Assembly (NCBI GenBank): GCA_043775355.1
Contig: JAYVSL010000163.1
Span: forward strand, 1-54,456
Reading direction: 5' to 3'
Source of the DNA: Planctomycetota bacterium
GTDB taxonomy: Bacteria > Planctomycetota > UBA11346
DNA length: 54,456 nt
The notes below the pieces were generated by a model. It was given only the letters and a program-made list of their open reading frames with translations. It was not told the DNA's origin and ran no database searches. The position numbers and the translations under genes were made by a program. Shown piece by piece: positions 1-8,868 of this stretch (positions are counted from its first letter, which is position 1; every line of letters starts with the position of its first letter).

Positions 1-96
1 GATGCGTTGATAGAGTTCACGATCGTTCATGGCCTCATCCTCTCAGCGAGAATCAGAAAAGGCACCTATTTGACCCACACGGAAGCCGGAAGCCCC
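1..96 (-). mobile_element. Left end of an ISL3-family IS, including the first 10 codons of its transposase (1..30, MNDRELYQRI; continues beyond the window)
   Basis: The minus strand reads GGGGCTTCCGGCTTCCGTGTGGGT (ISL3-like terminal IR), then a purine-rich RBS and ATG AAC GAT CGT GAA CTC TAT CAA CGC ATC. This resembles the MxDxELYxxILG N-terminus of ISL3 transposases. Confidence 0.65.
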
Positions 97-151
97 AAAA
101 AGTTTAATCAAATTACTGAAAAAACTGCGTAAAAGTGATGCGAACGCCCTG
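97..151. mobile_element. Terminal ~55 bp of a probable ISAs1-family element, interrupted by the ISL3 element
   Basis: An AT-rich segment ending in TGATGCGAACGCCCTG (CAGGGC on the minus strand), typical of ISAs1 termini. It begins where the large ORF loses its expected sequence (GGGSV|QGVRITFTQFFQ). Confidence 0.5.
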
Positions 152-3100
152 CACCGAGCCACCGCCGGTGACGCTGAAATCAACTCCATTGCCATTCGCC
201 GAGCCAGCAACTTTCACTGGTCCCACATCTGCCGCGATCCATGGCAGCGGAACGCCGACCACGCTGCTGGATGGCGACTGCCACAACGCACTCGCAGGAA
301 CCGACTGCTTAGCGATGCCAGGGCCCGACCAACTGAATTCTAATCCGCAGCCGCCGGTATTTTCGAAAAATTCTACCCGCAATTGATGGAAACCAGCAGC
401 TAAGGACAGCGTGACCGAGCGCTCTTGCATGCCATGAAGACCGTCATTATCGATCACGAATGCGCCATCGAGATACACGCGTGAACCATCATCAGAATTG
501 ATAAACAACGTATAGGTTCCTGCGGTGTCGATCTTCAGCCAACCACTGTGTCGACTGGAAAAAGTATCAACCATCGTCGACGGCAGACCGGCCCATGCGG
601 TGCCGACACTTGCGTACGCAATCTGCGCATCCGTGCGCACCACATCAGGGACAAGCACACCCAGATTTGGAATCACCGATAAGTTGGTGGTGGAATCGAA
701 AAACTCCGCACGCAGTCCCACTTGATATAATGGTGGATTGGTGCTGTTCACCGCATTATCCGTCAGCGTCACCGCCGTAGCAGTGTAGGTGATCAAGAAA
801 TTGCGGCCGGCCTGCGTGAAAATCGCGCCGTTAGCCATGCCAGAAAAAGTTCCCGTTACATTCGCCGCGCTGACGATGGTGTAGATTTTACCCGCCGATG
901 AATTCGTCGCATTCGCAATCGTCAGCGCCGCTACGCCAGCGCCCAACGACACCGTTCCGGTCGCATTGATTTTGTCACTGCTCGACAGCGTGCCGTCAAG
1001 ATCCACCGCATAGGTTCCGCCAGTGACGGTCACCGCAGCGGTATTCAGCGTGCCGATCGCATTGCCGGTCACGGCGCCCGGAGCCAAGATGCCGGTTCCG
1101 GACACGGTGGTCGTTCCATTGACCGTTCCGGTTCCGCCCAACGTGCCGCCGCCGTTCACCGCGACAGCGCTTGATGCATGCGTTGAACCGTTGACCAGCA
1201 AGGCTCCGGCGCTGACCGTCGTCGCACCGGTGTAGATATTCGCACCGCTGAGCGTCTGGGTGCCCGTTCCCAGTTTCGTTACACTCAACACGCCAGCATT
1301 CGGAGCCGTCGGAATATTCGTTGCCGCCGAATTGTTACCACTGATGGCGCCAGCGAGCGTTCCAGATTTATTGCCAGCGCCGACGTTGACCGTGGCAGCG
1401 GAAGTCCAAGTCGTCCCGACCGCGCCAGCGCCATTGAGTGATCCCACGGTGATGGCTTGACCACGCGCATCCAGCAAAGCACCTGCCGAGACGTTCACAT
1501 CAGCGGTCATGCCAGACCAATTGGAGCTTAAGTACGACGTACCAAACGTACCGGCTTGGACATTCAGCGTCCCGGAAAAGGTATGGGCATTGGTAAACGT
1601 CTGAATCCAACCGTTGCCAGTTTTGTTGATTGTGCCTGCGCCCGCAAGAATCGTATTGATTCGCCAATTATCGACCGCGCCATTGGTACTGGTGAGTTCT
1701 AATATACCCGGCGCATTGACCGTCGTCGTGGAGCTCGCGTAGGCCGTGACTTGGCTTAAGACCAACGTGCCTGCGGTGATGATGGTGGTGCCGGTATAGG
1801 CACTCGCGCCCGAAAGTATTTGCGTGCCCGTACCTATTTTTTCAATATTCCCTGCTGAATAGCTATCGCTGATCGCGCCAGAAAAATTACCGCCCGTGCC
1901 GTTATCGACGCCGATCGTCATCTTCACATACCCTGCCCCTGGGAATCCCGTTTGAATGGTGCCAGCACCATTCAGCTTATTGACGCGGACGTTGGCTTCG
2001 ACTCCGCTAAAAGTCGCTCCTGATGCCACCGCAAGATCCGATACGTTGCTGGTCCATACTTCATTACCGTACGATCCGCCGACCAAAGTACCGGCCACGA
2101 CGTCAATGAGACTGCCCGTTGAGAGAGCAAACGTAGCCACGGTCGCTGGCCACGCCGCGATACCCGCACCGGTTTTTCTCAGCGTTCCCACGCCGGTGAA
2201 CGTCGTCGTTGCGTAATCCGTCGTGCCACTCGACACCGACAATTCCAGCACGGCACCAGCAGCGATACTATATGAAGGCGTCGCATACGTACCCTGAAGA
2301 GCTAACGTTCCTGCGGTGATGGTGGTCGCGCCCGTATAGGTGTTCGCTCCCGAAAGCGTCAGTGTTCCTGTGCCGGTTTTGGCGATGGCGCGCGCGCCGC
2401 CGATTTCACTGATGACACCACTCAGAATGATCGCCGACGAACCCGTCATCGTCGCGGTCGCCACATTCAAGGTCATCGGCACGGTGATGGTTTGCGTATT
2501 CGCGCTGCTGTTGGTGATGTTTCCAGCCAACGTGATGCCGTTACCGCCCACGGTGAACGCCGACGATCCACTGGCAAAGGTGATGCTCTTGAACGACGTA
2601 TTTGCCGCAAAGTCATTGCTCGGAGTTAACCGCGTCGCGCCAGCAAATACCAAATCGTCACCCGCCACCGGAGCAACGCCGCCCTGCCAATTCGCGGATG
2701 TCGACCACAGGTTATTCGCGCCAAGGCCGGTCCATGTCCGAGTCGCTGGTCCCGCTGCATTGACGGTTAGCGTCGCGACGTTCGACGTCGCCGTGCCGGC
2801 GCTGTTCGACACCACACAGGTATACGAACCCGCGTTCGCTGACTGTGCATTCGCGATGCTGAGCGTCGCGCTATTGGTGCCGACATTTGTCGTGCCCTGC
2901 TTCCACTGATACGTCAGTGGAGCGGTGCCGCTTGCTACCACCGTGAATGTTGCGGTTTGACCTGCCGTCACCGTCGTGTTCGTGGGATGCGACGTGATGG
3001 TTGGCGCAATCACCGCCGGAGGCGCAACGGGGAAGGCGTAGCGACGCACGCTGGGTGAGGGAATATTCCTCTCGCCATCGGTGATATAGAGCGCATTCCC

Positions 3101-3706
3101 CGCCAAGGCGAGCGGTCCAACCTGGGGCAGGGTGAAACGTAGGTCCAGGGTTGCACGGTCGAGGATACAGGTCGCCTTGCTGAACGAGTTGTCTGCACAT
3201 CCGACGATTACTGCGTCATCGGTCACAATCGGTCCATATAATGGTGCGTATGGGAGTGCGAAGGAAGCAAGTCGGCGACCCGACGCGAGGTCGAAGACCT
3301 CCATACCCAACTGTCGCGGCGCGTAGACCACACCGTCGTGAACCACCGGAGTCAGCGTCCAGTTTCCCAACGATGGAACAGCCATCCAGGACACCGACAG
3401 ATCGTTCGCCGCACAGACGATCAGAAGCCGGTCTTCACGCAGGACGAGTTTGCTCCCACTAAGCACGGGAGTGGTCCCCATCCATCCGTTAGCCGCCTGG
3501 GTCTGCACCAGTTGGCGCTGCTGCTGCAACTCACCGGTGATGGCGTCATGACGGCGGATGGTGCCCTGCATCCAGGTGAAGAGCGTCCCATTGCCGTAGG
3601 TCGGACTCCAGTCATCGAAGGTCGGGAGCGCAGTGTAAGTAAACCGCTGGGCACCTGAAACGGCATCGTATCCATACAGCCGGTTGGATCCGCCACTCCA
3701 CACCAC
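113..3706 (-). CDS. C-terminal segment of a giant secreted protein: PQQ-like beta-propeller, Ig-like domain, autotransporter-associated beta-strand repeats, PA14 domain; truncated by an IS
   Basis: Propeller repeats (LYGYDAVSGAQRF, VFDLASGRRL); Ig motif APTITSHP..TATFTVVASGTAPLTYQW..GSYTCVVSN; repeats KTGTGTLTLSGANTYTGATTITAGTL; PA14 motif GLRAEFF..SDDGSRVYLDG..DNDGLH. The first ~110 aa of ORF 113..4042 are out-of-frame sequence. Confidence 0.8.
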   Translation of the reverse strand: MVWSGGSNRLYGYDAVSGAQRFTYTALPTFDDWSPTYGNGTLFTWMQGTIRRHDAITGELQQQRQLVQTQAANGWMGTTPVLSGSKLVLREDRLLIVCAANDLSVSWMAVPSLGNWTLTPVVHDGVVYAPRQLGMEVFDLASGRRLASFALPYAPLYGPIVTDDAVIVGCADNSFSKATCILDRATLDLRFTLPQVGPLALAGNALYITDGERNIPSPSVRRYAFPVAPPAVIAPTITSHPTNTTVTAGQTATFTVVASGTAPLTYQWKQGTTNVGTNSATLSIANAQSANAGSYTCVVSNSAGTATSNVATLTVNAAGPATRTWTGLGANNLWSTSANWQGGVAPVAGDDLVFAGATRLTPSNDFAANTSFKSITFASGSSAFTVGGNGITLAGNITNSSANTQTITVPMTLNVATATMTGSSAIILSGVISEIGGARAIAKTGTGTLTLSGANTYTGATTITAGTLALQGTYATPSYSIAAGAVLELSVSSGTTDYATTTFTGVGTLRKTGAGIAAWPATVATFALSTGSLIDVVAGTLVGGSYGNEVWTSNVSDLAVASGATFSGVEANVRVNKLNGAGTIQTGFPGAGYVKMTIGVDNGTGGNFSGAISDSYSAGNIEKIGTGTQILSGASAYTGTTIITAGTLVLSQVTAYASSTTTVNAPGILELTSTNGAVDNWRINTILAGAGTINKTGNGWIQTFTNAHTFSGTLNVQAGTFGTSYLSSNWSGMTADVNVSAGALLDARGQAITVGSLNGAGAVGTTWTSAATVNVGAGNKSGTLAGAISGNNSAATNIPTAPNAGVLSVTKLGTGTQTLSGANIYTGATTVSAGALLVNGSTHASSAVAVNGGGTLGGTGTVNGTTTVSGTGILAPGAVTGNAIGTLNTAAVTVTGGTYAVDLDGTLSSSDKINATGTVSLGAGVAALTIANATNSSAGKIYTIVSAANVTGTFSGMANGAIFTQAGRNFLITYTATAVTLTDNAVNSTNPPLYQVGLRAEFFDSTTNLSVIPNLGVLVPDVVRTDAQIAYASVGTAWAGLPSTMVDTFSSRHSGWLKIDTAGTYTLFINSDDGSRVYLDGAFVIDNDGLHGMQERSVTLSLAAGFHQLRVEFFENTGGCGLEFSWSGPGIAKQSVPASALWQSPSSSVVGVPLPWIAADVGPVKVAGSANGNGVDFSVTGGGSVQGVRITFTQFFQ

Positions 3707-5922
3707 TGGCTGGCGACCGTCGGCGGCCAGCCAGTGGTCACCTGCGCAGGAGAGGTCCAGCGTAGTGCCCCGGTCGACAGGTCCATGGCCTGGAGACGGT
3801 TGCCGGTGGAGTAGGTATTGTTGGCGACAAAGACCGTGGATTGATCGATGGTCGGAACGGTGGCATCGCCCGCCTCGAATCCCCGCTCCCACACGCGTTG
3901 TCCCGTGGTGGTATCGAAACCGCTGACCAGCATCTGGCCGTAGGCGTAGTAATCGATCGCTGCGACCAGGCGGTTGCCGACTACGGCCGTGCCGCGCATA
4001 TGATTCACCGATGAGGAGCCTGCGGGGTAACTGACAGTCCACGCAAGAGTCGGGGCCACGTCACCGACAAAACCAGGGCAGTAGCCGGTATGCTGCGGAT
4101 CGCGGCCAATCATCGGCCAGTCGCCGAGCAGCATGGCTCCAGACGCTGACGCACGCACCTGGATGCGCACCTCAGTCTCACGCGAACTGGCGGCGGCATC
4201 TGTTGCACGGTAGGAGAATCGATCGAGGCCGATGAAACCGGGTGCCGGTGCGTAGGTAAATGCGCCAGTCGCACTCAATGACACCGTGCCGTGACGCGCT
4301 TGGCTCGCGATGATGGCGCTCAATGCGTCGCCGTCCGTATCAGAATCATTGGCGAGCACACCTGCGCCTCCGACCGTCAGGCTACTACCAGATGAAACCG
4401 CGTAGGTATCGGTGACAGCATTGGGGATAGCGTTGACCACCGTGAAAGTGGCGCTGGCGTAGCTGCCTGATCCTGCAAGACGCAGATTGGCGGAATCGAC
4501 CAGTTCCACATCGAGGCGATGGCTCTGACGCGTCAGGCCGGTGAGTGGGATCAGGCCATCGCCGTTGTCATCGGTCCACGCTCCACCATCCAGGCTCCAC
4601 CGCACCTTGGAGCCGCTCGGCCACGGACCCCACCGATCATAACGCGCCTCCAGCGACGTGCCGGTCCAGTGCCCGCTTCCCTGCCACGGCTTGCGGATGA
4701 CGACCGTGGAAGTTGCATAGGACCAAGCGTATCCTGAGGTCCGCACACTGTTGAGGTGTACGTGGGATGAGACCGGAAGGCTCGGTTCGTTCTGCTGGTT
4801 GAAATCCAACCACACCGGCATCGCTGTACTCATCTCACCGCCCTGACGGACGGCCTGCATGCGGGCGATCTCAGCCGCTGGGATCGGCACTTCGATGATG
4901 ATACTCGTCGCGCCCTCTGGCCAGGACTCCAGCAGTGGCAACAAGGACGTGACGTGAACTGCGCGATTGCCGAGCCAGGTCGTCATCTCCGGGTACCGCC
5001 ATACCGCCGGCTGAGGGTTGCTCAGTTGCACATACAACGGCGCGGTGCCGCCTTCTGGCACCACCAGGGTCCCGCCATCACCGAGTCCGACGATCTTCGC
5101 ATCCATCAGTGGCAGGGGCAGCGCCGTCGCTTCAGTAGCGGTGAGTGCCGGCATGCGAAAGGTCTTGGTGGCGTAGTTCGCCCGACCCGCGCCGTCAGTA
5201 AAGAACACCACCACCCGCGCATCGAATTCCTGATCACGCTGAAAGGGACGCAGGTGACAGCGGGACACCAAGCCGCTGTCGCCGAACGGCGGAGTCAGCG
5301 TGTTCCAGCGAAAACGTCCGAGCACCGAGTCGCCAAGGTGGGCGACCATCTGGATAGGGGCAGCGGTGGTGAAACCGCGGTCCACCCCACCTGGAGTTTT
5401 GTCGTCTGCCATCGTCGCATCGCCGCTGAGATAATAATCTCCCTCTTGACCGGGCGATGGTGTCCAACCCCATGACGAGAAGGACAGCGTCGGTAGCAAG
5501 CGGTCGCCGTTAGGTGCCGGATTGGCGTTCTCGCTGACGATTTTGAACGTGGCGAAAGTGAAATCCGCTCCATACGGTTCGCCCGCATGATTGTGCGGAT
5601 GCACATGCACGCTGAGCAGGTTCTCGCCATCGTAGAACCGCCGCGTGTCGACCTGGGTGGTGTGGCTCCACACCGGTGCATCCGGCGCATGGCCCAGCTC
5701 GTTGAACGGCAGGAAGATCATGTTGCCGTAGGTCGCTGTGTGCATAGCGACACCGTTGGTCACCGTCACGGTGATGTTCACCATACCGCTCACGGTCTGG
5801 CCTTCACTGACCGGCTGACCGTTGCTGGTGACCGTGAAGGCGATGCTCGGATCAACGGCGCGCAAGGGCGCCGCAGCGAATGCCATCAAGACGAGCACGA
5901 TTTGAATAAGGGTACGCAACAT
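3421..5922 (-). CDS. N-terminal segment of the same giant secreted protein (signal peptide, Ig/Big-like and cadherin-like domains, start of the PQQ propeller); frameshift near 3705-3715
   Basis: GGAG RBS before MLRTLIQIVLVLMAFAAAPLRA (signal peptide); NAIPNAVTDTY..GVLANDSDTDGD..GAFTYAP..DRFSY (Big_9/cadherin-like); DWPMIGRDPQHTG (propeller start). Sensible sequence switches frame after WPPTVA. Confidence 0.8.
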   Translation of the reverse strand: MLRTLIQIVLVLMAFAAAPLRAVDPSIAFTVTSNGQPVSEGQTVSGMVNITVTVTNGVAMHTATYGNMIFLPFNELGHAPDAPVWSHTTQVDTRRFYDGENLLSVHVHPHNHAGEPYGADFTFATFKIVSENANPAPNGDRLLPTLSFSSWGWTPSPGQEGDYYLSGDATMADDKTPGGVDRGFTTAAPIQMVAHLGDSVLGRFRWNTLTPPFGDSGLVSRCHLRPFQRDQEFDARVVVFFTDGAGRANYATKTFRMPALTATEATALPLPLMDAKIVGLGDGGTLVVPEGGTAPLYVQLSNPQPAVWRYPEMTTWLGNRAVHVTSLLPLLESWPEGATSIIIEVPIPAAEIARMQAVRQGGEMSTAMPVWLDFNQQNEPSLPVSSHVHLNSVRTSGYAWSYATSTVVIRKPWQGSGHWTGTSLEARYDRWGPWPSGSKVRWSLDGGAWTDDNGDGLIPLTGLTRQSHRLDVELVDSANLRLAGSGSYASATFTVVNAIPNAVTDTYAVSSGSSLTVGGAGVLANDSDTDGDALSAIIASQARHGTVSLSATGAFTYAPAPGFIGLDRFSYRATDAAASSRETEVRIQVRASASGAMLLGDWPMIGRDPQHTGYCPGFVGDVAPTLAWTVSYPAGSSSVNHMRGTAVVGNRLVAAIDYYAYGQMLVSGFDTTTGQRVWERGFEAGDATVPTIDQSTVFVANNTYSTGNRLQAMDLSTGALRWTSPAQVTTGWPPTVASQWCGVADPTGCMDTMPFQVPSGLLTLRSRPSMTGVRPTAMGRSSPGCRAPSAVMTPSPVSCSSSANWCRPRRLTDGWGPLPCLVGANSSCVKTGF

Positions 5923-6442
5923 GAGGACTCCACCTGACGGACGAAGAGTGACCAAACGATACGGGATGCTCAGCGATAAGATCGCCGCTACCAATGCACG
6001 GTAAACAGAGGCCGAATACGATAAAATAGACATAGGGAACTCCGTACGATATTAAATTAACCATGTTAACAACCATGACAAGGGCGGCTGACGATCAGAA
6101 AGAAGCGCGCAGTGTAGCATGCCTTTTCCGTTTGACCAGCATCAACATTTCACTCAGTTCAACGCTGACTTTGAGCATGATAAATTGCCGTTCTTTCGGC
6201 CTATTTCTGTGACGTGGGCGCGAGCTTGGCCCATGTTCGGTGCGGTTGACATAGTTGTTTGAGAGCTGAACGACGAATTCAAATCCAGTGATAAAATAAA
6301 TTGCCGTACGAGCTGAGAACATGGCACGTTGAAAATTCATGATTCCCGCTTGAGTCAGCGAGCTCACATTCCCCCGTGTGTGACCAACACACCGCCGAGG
6401 CTCATCGGCTGTTGCTGATAATGACCTTGCGACGGGCCCAGG

Positions 6443-6838
6443 TTATTTCGTTGGCTGAGTCGGCTTCTCAAACTGCTTCAGCGAATGCTCCATAATAAAT
6501 TTCACCACCGGCGTTGAGTCTGGCAGGCCGTGCGCGTGACCTGCGTTTGGTTTATGGATGACTTCGATTACGCCGCCTAAAGCCCGATAGCGTTGTTCGA
6601 CGATGGTGGTGTTTTCGGCTACGGGGACGGCGTCGTCTTGGTCGCCGATGACATGAATCAGGTGACGAGTGTAGCCGTTCCACGTATCGACTTTTTCTCC
6701 TGGCCACACGAGGTCTGCGGCTTGAACCGTGGTCCATGAAGACAGAGCAACAGACAAGACCAGGAAAGGAAAGAAAACCACTGCCGCAGGTAATGTCTCA
6801 TGGCGGAAAAATTCCCTGCTCCGTTGAAAATGCCACAC
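6443..6838 (-). pseudogene. Internally deleted secreted alpha/beta hydrolase (esterase/peptidase-like)
   Basis: Signal peptide and WPGEKVDTWNGYTRH are joined directly to the C-terminal LIHVIGDQDDAVPVAENT..IHKPNAGHAHGL (catalytic Asp/His region). No GxSxG nucleophile region; only 131 aa. Confidence 0.6.
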
Positions 6839-6925
6839 CTTGCTTGGTCGTGATGGTGTGACGAAAAATGGTTCTGCGGTGTTCGGTGTGGGTCTTCCCT
6901 TTGTCAGAGGGACTCTTCAAAGTCG

Positions 6926-7050
6926 AAAGAAAAATCAAACAAGAGGCGCGGAGACGCGGAGGTAAGAGGAGGAAAAGGATCATTTTTTCCAACAAACATC
7001 TTTCCCTCCTCCGATCTCTGCGTCTCCGCGCCTCCTGTTCGATTATTTCT
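6926..7050. repeat. Short inverted-repeat (MITE/REP-like) element
   Basis: Imperfect IR arms AACAAGAGGCGCGGAGACGCGGAG and CTCTGCGTCTCCGCGCCTCCTGTT; related to 42526..42673. Confidence 0.7.
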
Positions 7051-7355
7051 TCTTTGGCTGCCCAATGAGACTGAACCCCTACGAAACGTCGCAGCGCCAG
7101 ATAGATAAAGCGCTGAGGCTGAGAACGCTCACACGGCTTTTTCTCATCGCTTATCCGCGCTATGGTCTACGCTTCTTTCTCACACATCGCGATGGTCGAG
7201 AAAATTATTGTCTAGGACCGGGTCATGCACATGGCTAGCTTCCACGGGCTGTCGGCCCGATGCCGGCATACCCCTGGGCGCGGGTAGCGCCCACCCCGAC
7301 GTCTTAAACACGTCACCAGAGGACGCCTTGTGCGTCCATCCCCGAGGTTATTCCG

Positions 7356-7655
7356 TTGGAACTCTACGTAGGCAATCTTTCCTGGTCGATCGACGATGCT
7401 CGTCTGACCGGCCTTTTCTCACCCCATGGCAACGTTGAACGTGCCAAAATCGTGAACGACCGCGACACCGGCAAAAGCCGTGGTTTCGGCTTCGTCACCA
7501 TGACCGATGATGCGGCTGGCCAGAAGGCCATCACGGCCATCAATGGCACCCAGATCGACGGCCGTGCCGTTACCGTCCGCTTGGCCGAAGACCGCGCCAA
7601 GGGTGGTCCTCGCGCTGGTGGCGCTGGTGCAGGCGGCGGCGGATACGCTCGCTAA
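7356..7655 (+). CDS. RRM (RNP-1) RNA-binding protein with Gly-rich tail
   Basis: RNP2 LYVGNL and RNP1 RGFGFVTM, plus DRDTGKSRG; TTG start with GAGGT RBS. Confidence 0.95.
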   Translation: MELYVGNLSWSIDDARLTGLFSPHGNVERAKIVNDRDTGKSRGFGFVTMTDDAAGQKAITAINGTQIDGRAVTVRLAEDRAKGGPRAGGAGAGGGGYAR

Positions 7656-7678
7656 TCTGCGATCTTTACGGATCAAAG

Positions 7679-7714
7679 AACAAGACCCGGCGCTTAGGCG
7701 CCGGGTCTTGTTGT
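7679..7714 (+). terminator. Intrinsic terminator after the RRM gene (possibly bidirectional)
   Basis: Perfect stem AACAAGACCCGGCGC-TTAG-GCGCCGGGTCTTGTT. Confidence 0.8.
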
Positions 7715-7812
7715 TGATACTGTTCTAAAAGCTCCGATGGCATTCATGAAGGATGTTGGATTTCTCCGCTCCAGATGAATTCACTCATAATCCGCCTTTA
7801 GTTAGCCTTTAG

Positions 7813-7908
7813 TTAGCCTTTTTTCGCGGCTTTCGCAGCGCGCTTCTCCTTCATGCTCTTGGCGGGTGCCTTCTTGGCTTCACGGCTGGTTTTTTTTTCT
7901 TTGACCAC
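7813..7908 (-). CDS. 31-aa Lys/Ala-rich small basic protein (absent from the ORF track)
   Basis: GAGGAG RBS, GTG start, MVKEKKTSREAKKAPAKSMKEKRAAKAAKKG, TAA stop. Confidence 0.7.
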   Translation of the reverse strand: MVKEKKTSREAKKAPAKSMKEKRAAKAAKKG

Positions 7909-8032
7909 GATTGACTCCTCGGGAAAGGGTGACCGTAGTGATGATCAAACGATTTACCCAAATTGCCAATACTGAAACTGGAGGTCGCGAGTCGTCAGCG
8001 AACGTCGCGAGCACACCAGATACCGATGTGTT

Positions 8033-8737
8033 TTACGCACCCTTCTCGACCAGGACGCGCGCCAGTTCGTCGTAGGTTCTGGCCAACCAAATCTTCACTC
8101 GTTGGCGTTCTAACATGCCCAGCGCGTTGGCATCACCGCGATGATGCACGGCAGCCCAGAAACTCGCGTTCGTACGATCGATCTTCAACATCGATGCTTC
8201 ATGCAAACGACGTAATTCGATGATCTTCGCGCCGTACGCCAACGCCGTGCGTTTGATCTCTGACTCATGGAAACTCCGAAAGTCAGAACCGCGACCATGA
8301 TTGAGCACCACCACGTACGACACCGTGGCGCCGTAGGTCGCCAACAATTTTCCGAGCAGTCCCAGCGAATCCATGCCGTCATCCATCACGTGCCAAAAGC
8401 GCACGGGAATCTGCTGCTCTGCCAACAAACCGATCAGACCAGATTCATCCATCCAACGCGACAGCGGCGGCATCGTTTGAGCCGCCAGATCCACCACCAC
8501 TTGACGCGATGGCTCTGACGTAATTGCCTCGGCAATACGATCCAGACTGGCGTAATCCTCGATCACCGTGTGCGCCGCATATGCGCCATAAAACCGCTGA
8601 AACGTCGCATGAGAGCGGTCGGTATCAAAACCGACAAATGGCAAATGGTGATCAATGAAATACTGGGCCAAGACCCGCGAGACCACCGATTTACCAACGC
8701 CGCCTTTTTCCCCGCCGATGAAATGAATCGCTGCCAT
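8033..8737 (-). CDS. ParA/MinD-superfamily P-loop NTPase (mobilization protein/MobD-like)
   Basis: Deviant Walker A GGEKGGVGKS, FDTDRSH and VVVDLAAQ; AGGAG RBS. Confidence 0.85.
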   Translation of the reverse strand: MAAIHFIGGEKGGVGKSVVSRVLAQYFIDHHLPFVGFDTDRSHATFQRFYGAYAAHTVIEDYASLDRIAEAITSEPSRQVVVDLAAQTMPPLSRWMDESGLIGLLAEQQIPVRFWHVMDDGMDSLGLLGKLLATYGATVSYVVVLNHGRGSDFRSFHESEIKRTALAYGAKIIELRRLHEASMLKIDRTNASFWAAVHHRGDANALGMLERQRVKIWLARTYDELARVLVEKGA

Positions 8738-8868
8738 GTCGTGCTCCTGAGGTGCTGCTGATACGCTCAGGGAAGAAAATCAAAAGGGCGATCCCTAGCT
8801 GAGGTAGCTGAAATAGCTGAAATAGCTGAAATAGCTGAACCATGCAACTGACACCAGTTGGTGCGCGG

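Noticed and set aside
3707-4042. N-terminal ~110 aa of ORF 113..4042, and the C-terminal ~95 aa of ORF 3421..6033
   Set aside because: These are out-of-frame shadows on either side of the frameshift, with atypical Arg/Cys/Pro-rich composition.
6095-6367. 90-aa ORF in the AT-richer region upstream of the giant gene
   Set aside because: No recognisable motif; more likely promoter or intergenic DNA.
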